From assembly GCF_006345805.1 (NCBI RefSeq), contig NW_021825108.1:1-17297 (forward strand): DNA of 17,297 nucleotides. The letters are read 5' to 3'. Every line of letters begins with the position of its first letter. The first letter of the stretch is position 1. Under the pieces are notes generated by a model. The model had not been told where the DNA came from, searched no databases, and saw only the letters and a program-made list of their open reading frames with translations. A program made the position numbers and the translations under genes. Positions 9,250 through 17,297 of this stretch are shown piece by piece. The stretch comes from Octopus sinensis. Lineage: Eukaryota.

Positions 9250-10715
9250 CTCATTCGGTTCTTTCTCCTTCATTCTTCGATTTAATTTTCTTTCACTCTC
9301 TCTTTCTTTCTGTCTTTCTTCCTTTCTTTCTGTCTTTCTTCCTTTCTTTCTTTCTTTCTTTCTTTCTTTTATTCATTCTTCCTTTCTTTCTCTCTTTCTC
9401 TCTTTCTCTCTCCGTTTCTTACGTTTATGATGCACCTGTTTGCTTCTTTCCTTCTTTTCTTTCTTTCTTGCTTTCATTTATGTCATTCCTCTTTCATTCC
9501 ACTTTTTCTTCTTTCGCTCCTTCCGTCTCTCCTTCTCTCTTTCTTTCCTTTACTTCATTCTTCGCCTCTATATTTCTTTCATTGCTCCTGTTTTTCATTT
9601 CTTCTTTCTTTCTTTCTTTCTTTCTTTCCTTTCTTTCCTTCCTCTCTTTTTTCATTCTCTCTTCTCCCATTAAATGACATTTCCTCCTTCTTTGCTTGCA
9701 TGCTTCATTCCATCTTTCCTTCATTCCTTTCTCTCTTTCGTGCATTTCATTCTCCTCTCGCTTCTTTGTTTCTTTCCTTCATGCATTTTATCCTTCCCTT
9801 CTATATTTCTCTCTCTCTCTCTTTCTCTCTCCCTCTCTGTCATTACTCGTATTTCATTCTTTCTCTTTCTTCATTCAACTTTATTTTATCGTCCCCTCCC
9901 GTTTTATACACACTCTCTCTCTCCGCCTCTCTTTCTCTCTTCCTCTTGGTCTCTCACTCTCGACCTCTCTCATCTCTCTCCTCTCTCATCTCTCTCCTCT
10001 TTCCTCTCTCTCCTCTCTCTTGCTCCTTTTATCCGCTCTTCCCCCTGCTCTCTCAAGCTCCCTTTCTCCACTCTCCTCTCTCCTCTCTTTCGTTCTATTT
10101 CGCACTCTCATTCCATCTCTCATTTTTACTCTTTCTCACTCTCTTGCCTTCTCCCTTTTCCTCTCTCCATCTCTCTTTCTCTTCTTCTCTCTCACCTCTC
10201 TGGTTCTCTCTCCTTCTCTCTCTTCCTCTCTCCGTCTCTCCTCATTCTCTCTCTTCATTCCTCCGTCTCTTTCTCCTTCTCTCTCTCTCTCTCTCTTCCT
10301 CTCAGTCTCTTTCATCCTCTCACCTCCTCTCTCTCCTTCTTCTCTCTCCTTTCTGGTCCTTTCTCACCTTCTCTTTCTCTCTCTCTCTCTCTTCCTCTCT
10401 CACTCTCATTCTCTGTTTTCCTCTCTCCGTCTCTCTCTCTCTTCCTCTCTCTCATTTCTGGTTCTTTCTCACATTCTCCCTCTCTCTCTTTCTCTCTCTT
10501 CCCCTCAATCTCTTTCATTCTCTCACCTCCTCTCTCTCCTTCTTCCTCTCCTTCTCTCCCCTCTCTCTCTCTGTTTCCCTCATCTTTTTCACACTCTCAC
10601 TCCCTCTCTCATTTCATCCATCCCTCTCTTTCACCCCCCTCCCTCTCTATTTCCCCTCCTCCCTTCCTCCCCACTTTCTCCTCTCCCCCTCCTCCTCCTC
10701 TCCCACCCCATCTTT
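9250..10715 (+). repeat. About 1.45-kb polypyrimidine (CT/CTTT-rich) tract
   Basis: Direct reading. Confidence 0.95.
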
Positions 10716-10842
10716 CCACATGTCATCTACAATATTTGGACAGGTTTTATATTTTCTATCCAAAACGAATCTGTTTTCACCATAAGAAAATCGCAGAATA
10801 TCGATTTCTGTTTTCAAGTTAAACTTGTTTTTATATTTACGA

Positions 10843-11558
10843 TCATCACCATCATCATCGTCAATGTCATCGTCTCAGCCTTCATCATCAAAAACATCAT
10901 TTACGTCATCGTTGTAATCATCATCGTCATCATCATCATCATCATCGTCATCATCATCATCTTCGTCGTCGTCGTCGTCGTTGTCATCATCATCATCGCC
11001 GTCGTCAACGTCATCATCATCATCGTAGTCATCATCATCGTGATCATCATCGTCGTGATCATCATCGTCATCATCATCGTCGTGATCATCATCGTGATCA
11101 TCATCGTCGTGATCATCATCGTCATCATCATCGTCGTGATCATCATCGTCATCATCATCGTCGTCATCATCATCATCATTGTCATGATCGTCGTCATGAT
11201 CGTCATTGTCATCGTCACCGTCAGCATCGCCAAACATATCGTTGTCATCACCATCATCTTCATCATCATCATCATCATCATCATCATCGTCAACATCGCC
11301 GACACTTTCATCGTCAACAGTAAAAGCAGCGACCTCGTAGATGTAAATTTATTATTGCTAATGTAAATTCTAACAATTATTTATATCATCAGTGAATGCT
11401 GACAGCAGCAACAGCAACAAGAATAATAAATATCATTCTATCACCATCATCATTGTCATCATCATCATCATCATCGTCATCGCCATCATCGTCATCGCCA
11501 TCATCATCATCATCATCATCAACATCATCATAATTCATCATCATCATCATCGTCGTCG

Positions 11559-11592
<34 letters not shown>

Positions 11593-11618
11593 AATCATCA
11601 TCATCATCATCGTCGTCG

Positions 11619-11652
<34 letters not shown>

Positions 11653-11679
11653 AATTCATCATCATCATCATCGTCGTCG

Positions 11680-11722
<43 letters not shown>

Positions 11723-12072
11723 AATTCATCATCATCATCATCGTCGTCGTCATCATCATCATCATCATCATCATCACCATCTTGAACATGAGCACCACCA
11801 CCACCAAAACCATCACCACCACCACCATCAGTGCAACTACTATCATCATCATTATCATAATCATTAACATCACCATAATCAACACCAACATCATCAGCAT
11901 CAACTTCGTCATCATCATCACCACCATCACCACCACCAACACAAACACCGTCACCATCCTGATCCTCATTTTCTCATCCTCCCCACCGTCATAATCATCA
12001 CCCCCACCACCACCACCACTAACAACAACAACAACATTACCACCGTCATCATCATCATCATCATCATCATCA
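10843..12072. repeat. (CAT)n/(CGT)n/(CAC)n trinucleotide block with higher-order sub-units
   Basis: Direct reading. Confidence 0.95.
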
Positions 12073-12165
12073 TTTGATATTTCTCGTGGAAATTTACACA
12101 TTTTTGTGGTGTTTTTACTCTTCATTTTTCCACAGAATTCTGTTGCCAAATAATTACATAGAATT

Positions 12166-12221
<56 letters not shown>

Positions 12222-12504
12222 ACACACACACACACACACACGTACACACACATTCATGATGGCTATTAAGTCTTCGACAAGGAATTTTCCAAAGTGATTT
12301 ACAAATGCCAAAATTAGAAAGAAGAATATCTCTGCTTGGCTTTTCTTTCCTCGTCCATCTAAGTTAATCCTTCAATTTAGCAAGAATTACAGCGGACCCC
12401 TTCTTCCCTACCCGTCCTTCCTTCTTTCTCTCTAACCTCTCCCTCTCTCCTTCTCTCCCATCTCTCTCTCTCTCTTCACAGTATTTCTTCAGACATTGCA
12501 TTGG

Positions 12505-12540
<36 letters not shown>

Positions 12541-12577
12541 ACACATACGTACATACATACATACATACATACATACA

Positions 12578-12611
<34 letters not shown>

Positions 12612-12835
12612 CATACATATACACAGGTATATATTTCTGAATATATATGGCTACATACATGCAAAAATACATACATTCATGCGTGCAAACACACATCCAT
12701 AAAATTCAGATATACATCGTTAAAACATATATATATATACATGCTATATGTAAATAAATATAATATATATAATATATATATATATATATGTATATATGTG
12801 TTGTGTGTATATTATATGTAGGTAATATATATAGA

Positions 12836-12919
<84 letters not shown>

Positions 12920-13058
12920 ATATATATATACATATATACATGTATACATGTGTGTACAAGTACAAATATATTTAAACGAGAAATATGTATGCTATATGGT
13001 TCCATATATTTATATAATTACTCCCCTAGAAACATGAACATATATATTATATGTTGAC

Positions 13059-13103
<45 letters not shown>

Positions 13104-13490
13104 AATATATATATTTATACATATATATATATACAATATATGTTCCCCTATATACATACATACATACACCAAACATTATATATGTATGTAACACATTCAT
13201 ATGTGTGTGTGTTGTGTGTACAAATATGTGTGTTTGTGTAATTACTTTATAATTTTATATTAGGTTATTTAAGGAAATGCATGAAAATAGAATTGTATTT
13301 ATTAAAGAAACTTGTGTTAATAAACGTATGAGTGCTATGTATGAAACATTACCCCCATATATACATGCATACATACATATATACTGTATATATATTATAT
13401 ATATATTATATATATATAATATATATATATATCATTATATATTATAGTATATATATTTAGATATATATATAGATATACATATACAAAGTG
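12166..13490. repeat. Cluster of (CA)n, (TACA)n and (TA)n microsatellites around a short unique spacer at 12255-12420
   Basis: Direct reading. Confidence 0.9.
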
Positions 13491-14044
13491 AGTGAAAGAC
13501 AGGGAGAGAGAAACAAATTGAGAGAGAGGGAGTAAGGGAGTGGTAGAATATATAACGCACTTTTGTAAATTGATGTTATGTATTAGGTCTGTAGGATGAG
13601 TGCTTAGTTTGGTCTACCACTAAAAGTCCGGCTCGAAGACCAACTGAAAAGCGTGGTGTTGAGACTGCCTGCCAGAGGCGGCTAGAAGTGGCTTCTCCTT
13701 GAGCAGGTAGACGTAGATGAGAGTAAAAATTGAAAGAAATAAAATGTTTGCCATCTCTCTAGCAAAAAAAAAACAAAATATTTGATATAAATGTTCTTTG
13801 TCGATAATGTCAAATGTTTTGTCTTTCAGTTTTCATTATTCTCTCTCTCTCTCTCTCTCTCTCCTCTCTCTCTTATCTCGAGTATAAGCAGTCGACATTG
13901 CAAAAATAATCTGGAACTCGACTGAGGAAAGAAAGCTCAGAATGACCAGTCCTTTTTTTCTTTGTATCGTCGTCTGGATGTTTTGTTGTCCCTTTTATAT
14001 ATGACCTAACTGTCTGGATGGTTTGCGTTCTTGTCCCATTGTAT

Positions 14045-14062
14045 TATGATATTATTATATAT

Positions 14063-14096
<34 letters not shown>

Positions 14097-14387
14097 ATAT
14101 ATATATATATATATACATATATATACATACATATGTGTCTACGTAGATGCTGCAATTTAAATAACTGGATAAGCAGTATGCGTGTGAGTATGTATGTGTG
14201 TTTGCGTATGTGTGTGAGTGATTATTTAAGTAGCAGGATCTACATAGAAACACTTTTCCTTGGGTGTACCCGTTTGATGATGAGTCTTTACACCCGAAAT
14301 ATACACATGTTTATCAACTTTCATTTCTGCATTGTTTGACGCTTTACGCATTTCCCTTTACATACATGTGTATGTGCACGCGTTTGA

Positions 14388-14424
<37 letters not shown>

Positions 14425-14490
14425 CTCACACATACACACATATATAAATATATGCATATGTATTTACATATATATATATATTTATATATA
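14045..14490. repeat. (TA)n-rich microsatellite stretches
   Basis: Direct reading. Confidence 0.85.
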
Positions 14491-14497
14491 AATACAT

Positions 14498-14809
14498 GTG
14501 GAGGCGCAATGGCCCAGTGGTTAGGGCAGCGGACTCGCGGTTGTAGGATCGCGGTTTCGATTCCCAGACCTGGCGTTGTGAGTGTTTATTGAGCATAAAC
14601 ACCTAAAGCTCCACGAGGCTCCGGCAGGGGGTGGTGGTGATCCCTGCCGTACTCTTTCGCCACAACTTTCTCTCACTGTTACTTCTGTTGGCCTGCTCGC
14701 TTAGCCAGCGGGGTGGCGTCATTTGAAGGCTAAAAACAATGTGAAGCGCATTGTGACCAGCGATGTGTAGCAACATCTGATAGCCTGGTCGATCACGGTG
14801 ATCACGGTG
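14498..14809 (+). mobile_element. Full-length tRNA-derived SINE, family B, with 12-bp TSD and (GATCACGGT)n tail
   Basis: A box TGGCCCAGTGG 14510-14520, B box GGTTTCGATTCCC 14553-14565. TSD ATATAAATACAT at 14486-14497 and 14810-14821. Confidence 0.93.
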
Positions 14810-14928
14810 ATATAAATACATATTTGCTCATACGCACATACACGTGCGTGCACTCACATACAGGTATATTCGTTTATTGGTCTGAGCTGATGTGTTGTGC
14901 CCATGTATTTATATGTGTCTTCTGATAT

Positions 14929-15125
14929 GTCTCAGGTTTTAAGCTGCCGCCATGCTGGAGCATTCCTTGAAGAGTTTTTAGTCGAATGAATCGATCCTGA
15001 GCTTATTTCCTTGTTTTGAAGCCTGCAATTATTCCACCGATATCTTTTACCGAATCACTAAGTTACGAGGTGAACGTAAACAAACAAACACCGGCTGTCG
15101 ATTGATCATGGAGAGTAAGCAGTGT
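14929..15125 (-). mobile_element. Degenerate 3' half of a family A-lineage SINE
   Basis: GCCATGCTGGAGCA, TTTAGTCGA, CTAAGTTACG and ACGTAAACA landmarks are the reverse complement of the family A tail. Confidence 0.75.
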
Positions 15126-15875
15126 GCGTTTGTGTTATGTAACGATTATCCATAATCCCGTAGATATATAATCGAAAATCTTATATCCTTGAATACATTT
15201 TCACGTGAATAATAACAGAGCCCTAATTACCTGAGAATCATTGCTTTCTTTTCATACTGTCCCTTCTTACAGACCTTGTGGATGTGTCGCAATAACGTAA
15301 ACAAACCAACACCGGTGGTCAAGTGGTCGTAGAGCGTAAGCAGTTTGCGTTTGAATTGTCTTATAATCGTCCTGAAAATATATCTTTGATTACATTTTCA
15401 CATGAAAAATAATTAACTAATTATCCGAGAATCATTGCTTTCGTTTCATGCTGTTCTGTCTAGCAGATCTTGTGGATGTATCGTAATAACGTAAACAAAC
15501 CATCACCGGCTGTCAAGTGGTCGTGGAGCATAAGGACTTTGCGTTTCTGCTATCTTCTAATCGTCTTGAAAATATATCTTTGATTACATTTTCACGTGAA
15601 AAATAATTAACTAATTATCCGAGAATCATTGCTTTCGTTTCATGCTGTTCTGTCTAGCAGATCTTGTGGATGTATCGTAATAACGTAAACAAACCATCAC
15701 CGGCTGTCAAGTGGTCGTGGAGCATAAGGACTTTGCGTTTCTGCTATCTTCTAATCGTCTTGAAAATATATCTTTGATTACATTTTCACGTGAAAAATAA
15801 TTAACTAATTACCCGAGAATCATTGCTTTCGTTTCATGCTGTTCTGTCTAGCAGACCTTGTGGTTGTATCGTAAT
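15074..15875. repeat. Tandem repeat, about 194-bp unit x4 (units start 15074, 15295, 15489, 15683)
   Basis: Units 3 and 4 differ at 3 positions. Unit 1 is longer (221 bp) and more diverged. Confidence 0.96.
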
Positions 15876-16311
15876 GCGTTCGCTGATTAAATTTGAACGA
15901 AAATTTTCCAACAATGTCAGCCATATTGGGTTTGAAATTGTGCGTGATTCTCTTTTTGTTTCATTGATTGAATTCTGAGATATTGCGCTCTCCTCTGTCA
16001 CATTTGTAATAACAGCTCGTTTGAAATGTTTAGGTGCCAAGTAAAAATATGTTTATAAGAAATTGAAGAAATAAAGAGTAAGAGAAATTAAGAGATAGAA
16101 CGATGGAGCGATGGTTTGAAGGAGTGAACGGTGGCAATAGGAAGAAAATATCAGATACAAATACGAAAACACGGAGTACACGTTAGTGAAAAATATATAT
16201 GTCTATATGTGTGTGCGTGCGTGTATATATGTTCTTATGTTCTTGTGTGTATTTATATACATATGCGTGAATGTGTGTGTATGTGTGACTTTCTATCTAT
16301 CTGTCTATCAC

Positions 16312-16362
<51 letters not shown>

Positions 16363-16445
16363 CACAGTCTCACTTCAGCCATAGAGTGGCGCATGTGCTT
16401 TTCTCCAAATTTCTTTTCCTTCACTCCGGACTTTTCCCTCTTTCC

Positions 16446-16479
16446 TCTTTGACGAAGGACCAATGCTTGAAACGTCACA
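16446..16479 (+). ncRNA. Decayed type I hammerhead ribozyme motif
   Basis: TCT-TTGACGA-AGG.ACCAATG.CTT-GAA-ACGT-C-ACA. It has a C3U core change, 3-bp stem II, palindromic stem III, GUC site and 2 of 3 stem I pairs. Confidence 0.5.
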
Positions 16480-16706
16480 TACTCTTCCATTTATACTTAC
16501 TTTGAGCGTCAAGTTAATGCATTCAGTGAAACATGAATTCTTATTTATGATTTATTGCCTATATATAGTTCAAATCGCACGTGTCTTGAATGGGCTGGAG
16601 TATTTCTATTTTGGATGTATTTGGGGTACTTAATTGTGCTCATTACTTAGTGTTTTGCTTCTTCCATGGGTATGAGTAAGTATTTCATTTATTTCTTTGC
16701 CACATT

Positions 16707-16759
16707 TATCGCTGACGAAGGGAGGGTTCTTACGAACTAACCCTGAAATCGGTCCGCTA
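16707..16759 (+). ncRNA. Type I hammerhead ribozyme (Penelope-type minimal), core intact
   Basis: TATCG-CTGACGA-AGGG[AG GGTTC TTAC GAACT AA]CCCT-GAA-ATCGGT-C-CGCTA. It has an intact core, two-part stem II, quasi-palindromic stem III, GUC site and 4 of 5 stem I pairs. Confidence 0.7.
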
Positions 16760-16981
16760 TGGTAATAATGGAATATTTTAGAAATTTCTGTCGGCTTATT
16801 TTTTCGAGTAGCATGCGTATTGTGAAAAATTATATGGTTATGGACAATATGTCCAATTTTCGACATATTTGGCATTGGGAATTTTTTCGTAAGCCCTTAT
16901 TTATAAGTTGTTTATATAATTAACAGAATGAAATAAAAAATCCAAGGTTATGAAAGATTTCAGAACATTTATAAAAAGAAG

Positions 16982-17036
16982 GTCTAACAGCTGTTTCTAG
17001 AATATTAATTAATGATAATATCCCTTCATCAGAGAC
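16982..17036 (-). ncRNA. Type I hammerhead ribozyme (Penelope-type minimal), core intact, GUU site
   Basis: Minus strand GTCT-CTGATGA-AGGGATATTA.TCATTAAT.TAATATTCTA-GAA-ACAGCTGT-T-AGAC. It has a 4-bp stem I, 9-bp stem II after an A.A mismatch and an 8-nt palindromic stem III. Confidence 0.78.
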
Positions 17037-17073
17037 GGTGTGAGAGGAATCACTTAACTTTTCGTTTCACACC

Positions 17074-17128
17074 GTCTCCGATGAAGGGATATTATTATCA
17101 ATTAATATTCTAGAAACAGCTGTAAGAC
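17074..17128 (+). ncRNA. Type I hammerhead ribozyme, inverted twin of 16982-17036, core mutated (CCGATGA), GUA site
   Basis: GTCT-CCGATGA-AGGGATATTA.TTATCAAT.TAATATTCTA-GAA-ACAGCTGT-A-AGAC. Confidence 0.72.
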
Positions 17129-17297
17129 TTATCTATATGTATAAATGTCTGTATATTCATCCATATATACACATATACATACAAAGATACATACATACAT
17201 ATATGATAAATCAATATAACATATATATTATATTCATGCATAGACACATACGTACACATAGTTACATCCAAACATATATATATATGTATGTGTTTTG

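Larger units (their letters stand above)
16982..17128. repeat. 62-bp inverted repeat with 23-bp spacer
   Basis: Arms 16982-17043 and 17067-17128, 58/62 identical. Confidence 0.97.

Noticed and set aside
12110-12165. Strong splice-acceptor-like tttttactcttcatttttccacAG at 12134-12135
   Set aside because: Two frames stop within 30 nt and the third runs into (CA)n; no good donor follows.
13915-14040. CTGAGGA...CTCAGAATGACCAGTC as another hammerhead, followed by a short imperfect GTCTGGATG...TTGTCCC duplication
   Set aside because: GAAA is broken (GAAT), stem II is marginal and stem I does not pair. It may be a very old repeat remnant but cannot be supported from this copy.
15074-15875. CRISPR-like interpretation of the spaced repeats
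   Set aside because: Whole 194-bp units are duplicated, with no unique spacers, in eukaryotic context and with no cas genes.
15834-16040. Minus-strand 68-aa ORF with natural-looking composition
   Set aside because: It starts at TTG, lacks convincing splice sites, overlaps the tandem repeat and has no recognisable family.
124-16875. All ORFs in the supplied six-frame track, including the 382-556 aa ORFs at 9427-11366 and the poly-D/H/I/M/T/V frames
   Set aside because: They are translations of microsatellites, low-complexity tracts or SINEs. They are open in several frames because the repeats lack stop codons, and none shows a recognisable domain.

Overview
Non-coding, repeat-saturated animal DNA. 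The SINE families and extreme microsatellite density look like an octopus (coleoid cephalopod) genome; this is recognition from sequence style, not a database result. Most of the window is simple repeats (GATA/CTAT, TA, CA, AGT, CAT, long GA and CT tracts) plus at least four tRNA-derived SINE families, several with clear target-site duplications. Every ORF in the supplied track appears to be a microsatellite or repeat artefact. A probable two-exon coding remnant that the track misses lies on the + strand (3569-3693 joined to 5747-5846, phase-compatible, unidentified product). The most striking signal is a set of Penelope-type minimal hammerhead ribozyme (HHR) motifs. Four lie within about 680 bp at the right end (16446-17128), two of them as a 62-bp inverted pair. 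Decayed ones occur at 34-77 and at the 3' end of a tRNA-headed SINE (about 1000). Other oddities are a SINE flanked by a 50-bp direct repeat that duplicates a CTCF-like motif, a 194-bp satellite seeded inside a SINE remnant, and a SINE expanded by two local tandem duplications.
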